Position numbers and translations under genes: made by a program. Below the pieces are notes generated by a model. That model ran no database searches, was not told where the DNA came from, and saw nothing but the letters and a program-made list of their open reading frames with translations. This document shows, one piece after another, positions 21,719 through 30,740 of a DNA stretch of 64,000 nt (position 1 is the stretch's first letter; each line of letters starts with the position of its first letter). Source of the DNA: an uncultured Eubacteriales bacterium (GTDB lineage Bacteria; Bacillota; Clostridia; Lachnospirales; JAISER01); the NCBI GenBank assembly GCA_964500895.1, contig CAZCQP010000003.1, positions 35,044 through 99,043 on the forward strand, given 5' to 3'.

Positions 21719-23287
21719 ATGTCTTATGAGCTGGTCAGAGAGCGCATTGTTCTTGACGAAAAAATAGCCAAGGAGACCACCCAGGTATTGCTGGAGGGGG
21801 ACTTGATTGTACCGGATGTAAAGCCGGATGTATCTGTGGTGCTGCAAGCCGAAGCAAAAGCCAGCATAGACCGGGTGGATGCCGGCAGCAACCGGGTGAA
21901 TTTCGCAGGCAAGCTGTCTGTGCAAGTGCTGTATTTGGCACGGGGCAGTGAAAAGCCCGTACATAGTTTAACCCTTGTAACACCCATTGACGATTTTTTA
22001 AACATTGAAGGGGTAGGCAAGGACACCTGGGTGGAGGTAACCACCCACATTACCAACTTGGACTACAAAATGATTAACGACCGCAAAATTAACTATCGGG
22101 CTGTGGTGGACGTATGCGCCCAGTGTGAATGCACCAATGAACACGACATCATCACCCACATTAACAATGTGCCGGAAAATCAGCTTTTGAAAAGCAACCT
22201 TTTAATTAACCGGCGTGTGGACAATAAAGTAGAGCGCTTTGTGGTGAAAGATGAAATGCCGTTGCCTTCCGGCAAGCCCAACATCCGTGAAATTTTACAG
22301 TGCAGCATTTCTGTAGCCAACAAAGAAGTGCGTATGCATAACGGTCGTGTAGCTGTGAACGGTGAACTGTTGGTTTCCACCTTGTACCGGGGGGACAATG
22401 ACACCAGCATCATTGAGTTTGTGGAGCACGAAATGCCCTTCAACGGCAGCCTGGAGCTTTCCGGTGCGAAAGAAGACATGATGGCCGATGTGACCTTATC
22501 CGTCATCGAGCAATATGTGCAGCCCATCCAGGACAATGACGGGGAGGAACGGGTTTTAGAGGTGGAAGTTTCCATGAGCGCTATGGTGAAAGTGCATTGC
22601 CAGGAATCTATGGAGATTTTAGAAGATGCCCATTGCATTAATAAAAACTTGGTCATTAATAAAACACCCATGCAATATCCCAAACTGATTTGCCGCAACA
22701 AGAACCAGTCCCCCATTAAAGAAGTGGTGCAGCTCACCGATGAATGCCCAGACATTTTGCAAATTTTCCGGGTAAAGGGCCGTGCCATTGTAGACGATGT
22801 GAGCATCATTGACGACAAAGTGGTGGTGGAAGGGGCCATTGAAGCCAGCGTGCTTTATGTAGCGGAAAATGACCAAATGCCGCTATATTCCCACAATACC
22901 ATGGTGCCTTACCGCCAAACCATAGAAACAAAAGGGGCACTACCGGGAATGATGCCAGAGCTTTCTGCCAGCGTAGACCATGTGGCCTTTAACATGCTAA
23001 GCGGCAGAGAAATGGAGTTGCGGTTCCTGCTAAGCTTTAACACTCAGGTGTTTAACGTGATGGAAATGAACATGGTAACGGACATTTCCTTTGAGGACAT
23101 GGACAAAGCTGTGTTGGATTCCATGGCCAGCATGACCATCTATGTGGTGCAAAAAGAAGACACCCTGTGGCACATTGCCAAGAAATACAACACGTCTGTG
23201 GATGAGTTGATGAGCGTGAATGACATTGAAGACCCGCAGCGGGTGCCGGCTGGGCAAAGACTGCTTATTTTGAAAAAGGTTTGCTAA
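21719..23287 (+). CDS. DUF3794-repeat protein with C-terminal LysM domain (SipL/SpoVID-like coat morphogenetic candidate)
   Basis: C-terminal LysM (YVVQKEDTLWHIAKKYNTSVDELMSVNDI). The size and architecture match clostridial SipL-type proteins. Strong RBS AAGGAGG. Confidence 0.65.
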   Translation: MSYELVRERIVLDEKIAKETTQVLLEGDLIVPDVKPDVSVVLQAEAKASIDRVDAGSNRVNFAGKLSVQVLYLARGSEKPVHSLTLVTPIDDFLNIEGVGKDTWVEVTTHITNLDYKMINDRKINYRAVVDVCAQCECTNEHDIITHINNVPENQLLKSNLLINRRVDNKVERFVVKDEMPLPSGKPNIREILQCSISVANKEVRMHNGRVAVNGELLVSTLYRGDNDTSIIEFVEHEMPFNGSLELSGAKEDMMADVTLSVIEQYVQPIQDNDGEERVLEVEVSMSAMVKVHCQESMEILEDAHCINKNLVINKTPMQYPKLICRNKNQSPIKEVVQLTDECPDILQIFRVKGRAIVDDVSIIDDKVVVEGAIEASVLYVAENDQMPLYSHNTMVPYRQTIETKGALPGMMPELSASVDHVAFNMLSGREMELRFLLSFNTQVFNVMEMNMVTDISFEDMDKAVLDSMASMTIYVVQKEDTLWHIAKKYNTSVDELMSVNDIEDPQRVPAGQRLLILKKVC

Positions 23288-23294
23288 ATAAAAA

Positions 23295-23328
23295 GCAGCC
23301 GTGTAAACTCCAAAATTTACACGGCTGC
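23295..23328. terminator. Bidirectional hairpin terminator
   Basis: GCAGCCGTGTAAA / TTTACACGGCTGC stem flanked by A and T runs. Confidence 0.65.
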
Positions 23329-23331
23329 TTT

Positions 23332-23835
23332 TTATTTTAACCGGGCCATCACTAGTTCGTCTGCATATTTACCCAGGCGAATGGCGGCCTTGCGTTTATA
23401 CGCTTCCTGAACAAACCCCATTTTTTGATATAACCCAATGGCTGGGGTATTTTCTGCAAACACAGCCAGTTCCACACGTTCCAGTTTCAACCAGTTGTCT
23501 GCCAGATTTAGAATGGCTTCCATCAACTTTTGGCCAATGCCCTGGTGCTGATAACCGACATGTACCATTAAAAACAGACCGCCGCAGTGGCGAACGCGTG
23601 GGCTTTCATTCACCCATAACCCCACAAAACCTACCACTTTGGTATCGCCTTCCGGCAATGTAATTTCTGCCACAAGCCGATGGTTGTTTAAGCTGGTGTC
23701 GGATAACATGGCCTCAATGACAGCCACTTGTTCTGATGGAATGCCGCAGATGTTTTCCAACACCCCAGGCATCCGGCGGATGGCGCTAATGTCCAGTGCG
23801 TCTTGGGGCAGGGCAGGGCGGATATGTATGTTCAT
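23332..23835 (-). CDS. GNAT family N-acetyltransferase
   Basis: YQHQGIGQKLM acetyl-CoA motif. RBS AAAGGAG lies 8 nt before the ATG at 23835. Confidence 0.8.
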   Translation of the reverse strand: MNIHIRPALPQDALDISAIRRMPGVLENICGIPSEQVAVIEAMLSDTSLNNHRLVAEITLPEGDTKVVGFVGLWVNESPRVRHCGGLFLMVHVGYQHQGIGQKLMEAILNLADNWLKLERVELAVFAENTPAIGLYQKMGFVQEAYKRKAAIRLGKYADELVMARLK

Positions 23836-24371
23836 GCCAAACACTCCTTTCCCTGTGTCTCACCTTTCGCAATGCGTGCCATCAGGTAATCATCCATGTA
23901 AACCCCGTTCACCACGGTGGTTTTGCGCAAAACCCCTTCTTTTTCAAACCCCATTTTTTCATATAACCCAATAGCAGGGAGGTTATCGGTTAATACCGTT
24001 AGCTCCACCCGTGTGAGCATGAGCCATTGGTCTGCCATGTCCAAAAGCCCGGCTAAAAGCTGGCGGCCTATGCCTTGCCCTTGATAGCTTTCATCCACAA
24101 TCAAAGCCACATTGCCGCAATGGCGCATACGGGAAGTGCTTTCCAAGCGCAGCACACCAAAGCCAACCACTTGCTTTGTGCCGTCTTCCAAGGTGGTTTC
24201 GGCTACAAGGCCATGGCCGTTGGTGGTTTCTTGCTGCAAAAGCTGTAGGGTTTGGGCTGGGGTTTCTGTGGGCAGGGAAGCAATATTTTGCATCACCCCG
24301 GGCTGCAAACGCATACGGTTGATGTCCGGGGCATCTGCATTTAAACAAATGGGACGTATGACAAATTTCAT
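23832..24371 (-). CDS. GNAT family N-acetyltransferase (tandem paralog)
   Basis: YQGQGIGRQLL motif. Collinear similarity with the neighbouring GNAT. Confidence 0.8.
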   Translation of the reverse strand: MKFVIRPICLNADAPDINRMRLQPGVMQNIASLPTETPAQTLQLLQQETTNGHGLVAETTLEDGTKQVVGFGVLRLESTSRMRHCGNVALIVDESYQGQGIGRQLLAGLLDMADQWLMLTRVELTVLTDNLPAIGLYEKMGFEKEGVLRKTTVVNGVYMDDYLMARIAKGETQGKECLA

Positions 24372-24372
24372 G

Positions 24373-24849
24373 CTAGAGGGCCTCCTCTTTGCGTTTTTCA
24401 CGTAACTGCTTAAAATATGTTTTTAAAAGGGTTTGGCTTTCTTCGGCCAAAACTCCTTCAACCACCTCCACTTGATGGTTAAAAGCAGGGTGGTTTAAAA
24501 TATTTAAAATAGAGCCGCCGCAACCGGCCTTTGGGTTGCGGGTAGCAAACACCACCCGGGGAATGCGGGCTTGCACAATGGCCCCGGCGCACATGGGGCA
24601 GGGTTCCACTGTAACGTAAAGGGTGGTGTTTTCAAGCCGCCAATCACCCATATGGGTGCAGGCCTGTTCAATAGCCAATATTTCTGCATGGTGCAAAGGG
24701 TTTTTGTTGGTGTTGCGCAGGTTACACCCTTGGCCAATGATTTGGCCCTCATAGGCAATCACACAGCCAATGGGCACTTCGTCCAGGGCCAAAGCTTGCC
24801 GAGCCTGCTCCAGGCATTGCACCATGTAAAATGCGTCATCCAATTCCAC
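24373..24849 (-). CDS. tadA: tRNA adenosine(34) deaminase
   Basis: HAEILAI and PCPMCAGA zinc-binding motifs. Confidence 0.9.
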   Translation of the reverse strand: MELDDAFYMVQCLEQARQALALDEVPIGCVIAYEGQIIGQGCNLRNTNKNPLHHAEILAIEQACTHMGDWRLENTTLYVTVEPCPMCAGAIVQARIPRVVFATRNPKAGCGGSILNILNHPAFNHQVEVVEGVLAEESQTLLKTYFKQLREKRKEEAL

Positions 24850-25950
24850 TTAGTTCACCACCACGGCTGCGCCGGAAGTTTCCAGCTGCAACATGATATG
24901 TTTTTGCGCCGCATCATAACCGATGGACTTGGCTTCTACATTGGAAGCATCGCTGGCCAAATAATTCATGTTGGTAAGCCCCACTTTTACAGACCCCAAA
25001 GAAGCATGGGCACGGATATGGTAGCCATAGGCAGCGTTGGAAGGCATATTCATGGTAAGTTGGGCGTTGCTGGTTTCCGCAGACCAGTTGTAGTTGGAGA
25101 ATGCGGAAAACTGGCTAACATTACAGTGAATGCCGCCGTTAGCGGTGACCAGCTTCAACTGGCCAATGTCCATGTTGTTCATGGATACCTGGCTGTTAAA
25201 GTTATCAATGTGTGCGTTGGCACACACCATGTCTGAAACGTCCAAGTTGCCGTTAATTACTTGCAGCACCAGCATGTTGAACAAATGAGAAGGCACATAG
25301 CCTTCCACAGAAACAAACTCAAACTCCCGCTCGTCATAAAGCAACGTAAACTTATTACCCAGCTGGGTTAGGGAAATGGGGCAATCGAAGGGGGTGGATT
25401 TGCAGTTGATTTTTAATGTAATTTTATTGCCGTTGTAACCTTTCAGCCGCAAAGGCCCATTCAAGGCAGACAAATGCAGCTCGTTGTTGCCCTGGGGAAC
25501 CACCAGCTCGAATTCCCGAATAAAGGAGGAGGCTGGTGTTGTGGGGGTGCTGGCAGGTTTGGGTGGACGGGTTGTTTCCTTGGTTACATCGGAAATGGTT
25601 TGGGAAAGCTTGTCCGCCAGGTTTAAGGTGCCTTTCATGACAGCCTGGGATGCCCGTTGTAGCTTCGGTTCCAACGTTTTTGAAATTGTATTAAACTTTC
25701 CCCCCAAGTCTCCGGTAAACTCTTTAAAGCTCATGTCACTTTTGCTTGCGGTGCTGCCGCCACCACCGGCATTGCTTCTTGGTGCCTCGGCTTTTGCATC
25801 TGGTCTGGCTGTAAACGGGGGTGTTCCGGGCTTAGGTGCTTCTTTTGCATGGGTACCCCGCCCCGCAGCTTCTAATAGCCTGGCGGCTTCATCGGCGGTA
25901 ATGCGGCCATCTTCCAGCATTTTTAAAATTAATAATTTTTCATTTTCCAT
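24850..25950 (-). CDS. DUF4097-type beta-strand repeat protein with N-terminal SHOCT-like helix
   Basis: N-terminus ILKMLEDGRITADEAARLLEA, a low-complexity linker, then repetitive beta-rich C-terminal part. Confidence 0.55.
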   Translation of the reverse strand: MENEKLLILKMLEDGRITADEAARLLEAAGRGTHAKEAPKPGTPPFTARPDAKAEAPRSNAGGGGSTASKSDMSFKEFTGDLGGKFNTISKTLEPKLQRASQAVMKGTLNLADKLSQTISDVTKETTRPPKPASTPTTPASSFIREFELVVPQGNNELHLSALNGPLRLKGYNGNKITLKINCKSTPFDCPISLTQLGNKFTLLYDEREFEFVSVEGYVPSHLFNMLVLQVINGNLDVSDMVCANAHIDNFNSQVSMNNMDIGQLKLVTANGGIHCNVSQFSAFSNYNWSAETSNAQLTMNMPSNAAYGYHIRAHASLGSVKVGLTNMNYLASDASNVEAKSIGYDAAQKHIMLQLETSGAAVVVN

Positions 25951-26119
25951 ACTGTCCCTCCTAAGGGCTTAAAATCATGCATGAATAGGCATCGGATGTG
26001 ATAAAATGAATATATAGTTAATTCAATTGGAATAGTCTTGTGCAAGCGCAGGGCACACGTTTAAGCCCGGTTTTGGCTTAAACGGCTATAGCACAAAACA
26101 TCTAACAGAGGAGCCGACC

Positions 26120-26677
26120 ATGAACACCATTTCAGTATTTGTTATTGCTTTAAGCCTGGCCATGGACGCCTTTGGCGTTTCAGTCTCCAACGGATTGTTG
26201 CTGTATCGGGTACCATTACGGGTAGCCTTAAAGTTCGGTTTGTTTTTCGGTTTTTTTCAATTTGCCATGCCTTTGTTGGGTTATATGGGCGGCGTCACTT
26301 TGGGCAGCTCCTTGATGGCCATTGACAACTGGGTGTCCTTAGGGCTTTTGGGTACCATCGGGGGCAAAATGGTGTATGAATCTTTTCAGCAGGAAGAAGA
26401 AACAAACCCCTTAAACCCAGAAGATGTAACCAGTTTCAAACGGCTGGCTTTGTTGGCCGTGGCCACCAGCATTGACGCTTTTGCGGTGGGGGTGGCTTTC
26501 GCCATCGAGGGCATCAACATTTGGTATGCCGCTGCCATCATTGGGTTTGTAGCTTTTATTCTTTCCACATTTGGGGCGTTTGCAGGTTGCCGCATTGCAT
26601 TAAAGCCTCAAATTGCGGAACGGTTAGGCGGCTTCATCTTAATTGGCATCGGCATTAAAATTTTTCTTGGGGCGTAG
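26120..26677 (+). CDS. mntP: Manganese efflux pump MntP
   Basis: Duplicated SLAMDAF / TSIDAFAVG motifs in a six-helix protein. Confidence 0.8.
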   Translation: MNTISVFVIALSLAMDAFGVSVSNGLLLYRVPLRVALKFGLFFGFFQFAMPLLGYMGGVTLGSSLMAIDNWVSLGLLGTIGGKMVYESFQQEEETNPLNPEDVTSFKRLALLAVATSIDAFAVGVAFAIEGINIWYAAAIIGFVAFILSTFGAFAGCRIALKPQIAERLGGFILIGIGIKIFLGA

Positions 26678-27437
26678 GTGTGGTTAACCATTGATGAAAC
26701 ACCCCATCCAGCAATTTTTTGCTTTTTAAAGGGCCTTGTAAATGCTGCCCCACAAAAAAATCTGCCGCTTTTTTAAGTGCTTCCAATACAGGCCGGGAAG
26801 CTTCAAAGCCATAGGTTTTGTCGATGGGGCTGTCTAATATAACGGACAACGCATACACGGCTTCTTCCGGCAGTAATAGGGTGGGCGCATCCGTGGTTTT
26901 ACATACGGAGCACAAAACCCCGGCGGGGCAAAATCGCCTGGCCTTTTCTAAAGGCACTTCCCGCCCACAATGGGTGCAGTTGGAAAGGGCAGGGGAAAAA
27001 CCGTTCAGCTGCAACAGTTTTAACTGAAAAATGCAGCTTAAAAGGCCAGGGTTCACTCGTCCTTTGCTTAGAACCGAGAGTGTTTTTAAAAAAAACAATA
27101 AAATGTCATCACAAGGTAAGTCCAACGGTAAAAAAACGTGGCAAAGTTCTGAAAAATAGGCGGCTGCACATAAAGCCCCATAGTCCTGGCGAATGGGATA
27201 AAAGCTTTCAATCACATCCACCTGGGACAATACCGTGAACCGGCCGCCATCTAAAAGCACAAAGTCTGCATATGTAAACAACTCCGTACCGGCCAGAAAC
27301 TTACTTTTGGGCTTTCTGGCCCCTCTGGCCGATACGTATATTTTGCCTTTTTCTTTTAATAACAGGGTTAAGCGTTTGTCCGATTCCCCCACATCCATGG
27401 CGTTTAACACAACGCCCCGGCCTTTGAAGCTGTTCAT
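26655..27437 (-). CDS. recO: DNA repair protein RecO
   Basis: N-terminal OB-fold pattern (GVVL...GESDKRLTLL..KGK) and a CxxC...CxxC zinc module. era-yqzL-recO synteny. Confidence 0.85.
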   Translation of the reverse strand: MNSFKGRGVVLNAMDVGESDKRLTLLLKEKGKIYVSARGARKPKSKFLAGTELFTYADFVLLDGGRFTVLSQVDVIESFYPIRQDYGALCAAAYFSELCHVFLPLDLPCDDILLFFLKTLSVLSKGRVNPGLLSCIFQLKLLQLNGFSPALSNCTHCGREVPLEKARRFCPAGVLCSVCKTTDAPTLLLPEEAVYALSVILDSPIDKTYGFEASRPVLEALKKAADFFVGQHLQGPLKSKKLLDGVFHQWLTTPTPQEKF

Positions 27438-27577
27438 AGACCCGGACCTTGCTGGCTGGAAGAAGAAGGGAAGGGCTTGCCGTCTGACTGATGGCTTTTT
27501 AGCGAATAACCCATGTAGGCATCAATACTGCCTGATTTCTCAAAAACCCTCCAAAATAAATCCTCGTAAGCAGCCAT
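27434..27577 (-). CDS. YqzL-like small protein (47 aa, below the ORF-track cutoff)
   Basis: Hand translation: MAAYEDLFWRVFEKSGSIDAYMGYSLK.... RBS AAAGGGGG. ATGA overlap with the recO start. Conserved position between era and recO. Confidence 0.6.
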   Translation of the reverse strand: MAAYEDLFWRVFEKSGSIDAYMGYSLKSHQSDGKPFPSSSSQQGPGL

Positions 27578-27651
27578 GTTTCATTCCCCCTTTTTCATAA
27601 ATATTATCATATCCAGCCAATTTGCATTTATACGGATTAAAATTTGGAAGC

Positions 27652-28560
27652 TTAAATGCGCCTGCTATCGTAGCCGAAATTGCGCAGTTGCATGTCACTG
27701 TCCCGCCAGCCGGGCTTCACTTTCACCCATAACTGCAAATAAACGGGTGCGCCTAAGAATCGTTCCATGTCTTGCCGGGCACGCTTGCCAATGTCTTTCA
27801 GCATGGCCCCTTGTTTACCAATAATCATGCCTTTATGGGAAGCTTTTTCGCAGTAAATGTTCACGTCTATATCAAATAATTCTTGATTTTCTCTTTTTTT
27901 CATGGCTGCCACTTCGGTGAATAAGCCATGGGGCAGTTCCTCCTGCAAAAGCATTAGCGCTTTTTCCCGTACCATTTCCGCAACCAGCTGGCGTTCCGGT
28001 TCATCGGTAATCATATGCTCTGGAAAATATTGAGGGCCAATGGGCAGAAATGCTTTCACCGTGTCTAAAAGGTTGGACACATTGTCGCCGGTTTTGGCGG
28101 CAATGGGCACGATGGCTTTAAAAGGGTAACGGGCCTGGTAGCTGTCCATCACCTTTAAAAGCTGGGGTTTTTCCACGGTGTCCAGCTTATTAATCACTAG
28201 AATGACAGCACAGTCTTTCACCCGGCTTAATTTTTCCAAAATGGCAGAATCCTTGGCGTTAATCTTCTCAAAGGGTTCTACCATGTAAAGCACCACATCG
28301 GTGTCATTTAAGGATTTTTCAGCGCTGGTTTGCATGTAGGTGCCCAGCTTGGACTTGGGCGTATGCATACCGGGGGTGTCGATAAAAACAATTTGAAAAT
28401 CGTCCCGGGTTAAAATACTTTGAATTTTGCGCCGGGTGGTTTGGGGCTTGTTGGATACGATGTTGATTTTTTCGCCAATGAAGCAGTTGATTAAAGTTGA
28501 TTTTCCTACGTTTGGCCGCCCAATGACGGACACAAACCCGGAACGGAATTGTTGAGCCAA
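27652..28560 (-). CDS. era: GTPase Era
   Basis: GRPNVGKST, DTPG, NKLD and a C-terminal KH domain. Confidence 0.95.
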   Translation of the reverse strand: MAQQFRSGFVSVIGRPNVGKSTLINCFIGEKINIVSNKPQTTRRKIQSILTRDDFQIVFIDTPGMHTPKSKLGTYMQTSAEKSLNDTDVVLYMVEPFEKINAKDSAILEKLSRVKDCAVILVINKLDTVEKPQLLKVMDSYQARYPFKAIVPIAAKTGDNVSNLLDTVKAFLPIGPQYFPEHMITDEPERQLVAEMVREKALMLLQEELPHGLFTEVAAMKKRENQELFDIDVNIYCEKASHKGMIIGKQGAMLKDIGKRARQDMERFLGAPVYLQLWVKVKPGWRDSDMQLRNFGYDSRRI

Positions 28561-28574
28561 ATAATGTCCTCTTT

Positions 28575-29138
28575 TCAGTTTTTAATGATTTCTTCATATT
28601 TTGCTTTAATTGCTTTAAAATCCTCCCAGGCCGGGCGCTTGTTCTCAGGGTTGCGCAGCAATGCGGATGGGTGGTATGTAGCCATAAACTGCACCCCTTT
28701 GCGCTCAAACCATTGCCCACGCTGCTTGGTGATTTTAAAATCTTTATCAATCAGTGCCTGGGCAGCAATACGCCCCAGGCAAACCATGATTTTAGGCCGA
28801 ACCAGCAAAAACTGCTGGCGTAAATAGGGCAAACAGGCGGTCTGTTCATCGGGACGAGGGTCCCGGTTGTTGGGTGGCCGACATTTAACGATATTGGCAA
28901 TGTAAACCTCTTGCCGGGTAAGGCCGATGGCTTCCAGCATTTTGTCCAGCAATTGACCAGCCGCCCCCACAAAAGGCTCCCCTTGCATATCCTCGTGGTA
29001 GCCGGGGCCTTCCCCCACAAACATTAAGGAGGCATGGCGGTTGCCCACCCCAAGCACAACCTGATGGCGGTCTGTGTACAGACCACAGGCTGTACATGTG
29101 TTACATGCGCTTTCAAGGTTTTCCCAGCTTATGTCCAT
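28575..29138 (-). CDS. Uracil-DNA glycosylase, family 4
   Basis: CxxCxL, GEGPG, HPSALLR motifs. Confidence 0.85.
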   Translation of the reverse strand: MDISWENLESACNTCTACGLYTDRHQVVLGVGNRHASLMFVGEGPGYHEDMQGEPFVGAAGQLLDKMLEAIGLTRQEVYIANIVKCRPPNNRDPRPDEQTACLPYLRQQFLLVRPKIMVCLGRIAAQALIDKDFKITKQRGQWFERKGVQFMATYHPSALLRNPENKRPAWEDFKAIKAKYEEIIKN

Positions 29139-29139
29139 G

Positions 29140-30261
29140 TTACTTCTCTACCTTTGCCTGTTCTTGCTCAACCTCGGAGGTAGGCACCAGCACATCACCC
29201 TGATGCACATTAATCCAGGTTTTGCCTTTATTCATAACCAATGGGTTTCCCGCCTCGTCCGTCCACATCATGGGGGCGTTGTGGGAAGTTTTTGACCATT
29301 TAATGGGTATGTACATGCCGTCTGTCATATAGTATCCGCCGCCACTGCCCACAACATTCACGCTTCTGCGCCCGGCATCGTCACCGGAAATGACGCCCAT
29401 GGTGGTGAGCTGCACCAGTATGTTTTTCACCGCTAATTGTTCCCCGGTTTCTTCGTCTATATGTGGTTCTTCCCCTTGGTACACCAAATACATGCTGGTG
29501 TCTTTGTCATAAACAAAAGACCGGGTGTATGTGCTGGAGTAGGGGACGGTAACCACAGAGGCCGGTAATGCGCCGGTGGGTGTCATGTCCGTATCCGAAA
29601 ATTGGAAGGGAGTGGGTGCATCTTCATAAACGGTGGGGCGTTTAATATTTTTTTCTATCACCGTTAGCAGCCCTTTGCTGTCTGTATAAGAGCTGTGCTC
29701 GTACATGCCGGGAACATTGGCTCTAGCTGGGTCCCGCCAGAATGTGGCACCGTCTGCCATGCCGTCTAAGTGGTCTATGCCCAGGGAACTGATGGCATTA
29801 TACCCCGCAGGGCTGCCGCCGTGGTGGGCAAAGATGGCATCATGGTTCAGGGCAAAATCTAAGAAATAATCCCGGGTGCTACGTACCGGCCCAATTTTTT
29901 GGCTGTCAAAAGATTTAAACAAAGCCACAAGCCGGGTAATGTCCCCCTCTGCCAGCACCTCATAAATGAGGTCTGCCTGTGCAATGCCGCTTTGAGGTTT
30001 GGCTTTATGCAAGTTGTTAATGACAACGGCAATGGGCCGTCTTGCGGCGGCTTCTTCGTCGATGTATAACCCGGTTAAAGTGTCAATGGCTTTACCGGTT
30101 AAGTCTTCTTCAGGCTCGGGTGAGGGTTCTAAAGGTTCTGTTTCTGGTGCTTCTACAGGCAGTACTTCTGCGTCAACAGCTTCCGGCTGCTTACCTTTGC
30201 ATCCTGATAAAGACATGCTTCCAAGCACAAGGGCTAAAAAAACAATACAACATTTTTTCAT
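29140..30261 (-). CDS. DUF3048 (YerB-like) lipoprotein
   Basis: Lipobox LSGC. PIAVVINN...PQSGI...ADLIYE pattern. Confidence 0.7.
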   Translation of the reverse strand: MKKCCIVFLALVLGSMSLSGCKGKQPEAVDAEVLPVEAPETEPLEPSPEPEEDLTGKAIDTLTGLYIDEEAAARRPIAVVINNLHKAKPQSGIAQADLIYEVLAEGDITRLVALFKSFDSQKIGPVRSTRDYFLDFALNHDAIFAHHGGSPAGYNAISSLGIDHLDGMADGATFWRDPARANVPGMYEHSSYTDSKGLLTVIEKNIKRPTVYEDAPTPFQFSDTDMTPTGALPASVVTVPYSSTYTRSFVYDKDTSMYLVYQGEEPHIDEETGEQLAVKNILVQLTTMGVISGDDAGRRSVNVVGSGGGYYMTDGMYIPIKWSKTSHNAPMMWTDEAGNPLVMNKGKTWINVHQGDVLVPTSEVEQEQAKVEK

Positions 30262-30275
30262 GGCTAAAACTCCTG

Positions 30276-30740
30276 TTAGCGTAATAACTGCATGGTATTT
30301 AAAATTTCCTCCTGCAAACGCTGCATCTGCTGGTCTTCTTTGTAGGTGAGGTGGTCATAACCCAGCAAGTGCAGCATACTATGCACCGTTAAAAAGCCCA
30401 TTTCTCGCTGTAAACTGTGGCCGTAAGTATCGGCCTGGGCTGTGGCTGTTTCTATGGAGATGACAATGTCTCCTAAAGGAAGGCAAAAGCTCTGGTTATG
30501 CAAATCTTCCGGCGTACATAAAGGGAAGGAGAGCACATCTGTGGGGGTGTTTTTATGCCGGTACCTGGCGTTTAACTCCTGAATTTCCGCATCATCCACA
30601 ATGGATACACTCACCTCTACGGGCTGTTCAATGTGCTGATGGTGCAACGTTTCTTGAACCGCTTTGTGAATGACCTGCTCCAATTCCTCGGTTAAAGGCT
30701 GGGGGGTGCGGTTGTCTATGCTGATGTTCACGTCTGTCAT
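30276..30740 (-). CDS. ybeY: rRNA maturation endoribonuclease YbeY
   Basis: HSMLHLLGYDH zinc motif. Confidence 0.9.
   Translation of the reverse strand: MTDVNISIDNRTPQPLTEELEQVIHKAVQETLHHQHIEQPVEVSVSIVDDAEIQELNARYRHKNTPTDVLSFPLCTPEDLHNQSFCLPLGDIVISIETATAQADTYGHSLQREMGFLTVHSMLHLLGYDHLTYKEDQQMQRLQEEILNTMQLLR

Noticed and set aside
24571-25972. Long plus-strand ORFs (24571..25236, 25484..25972) opposite tadA and the DUF4097 gene; similar antisense ORFs at 30782..31459, 34337..34996 and 50698..51291
   Set aside because: All are antisense shadows of well-supported genes, have biased low-complexity translations and lack ribosome-binding sites.
25980-26119. Possible yybP-ykoY (Mn2+) riboswitch in the leader of mntP
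   Set aside because: mntP is often preceded by this riboswitch. I could not find the conserved GGGGAGTAG / CTTTGTTGACA-type cores in the 140 nt spacer, only a generic hairpin. A covariance-model scan would be needed to overturn this.
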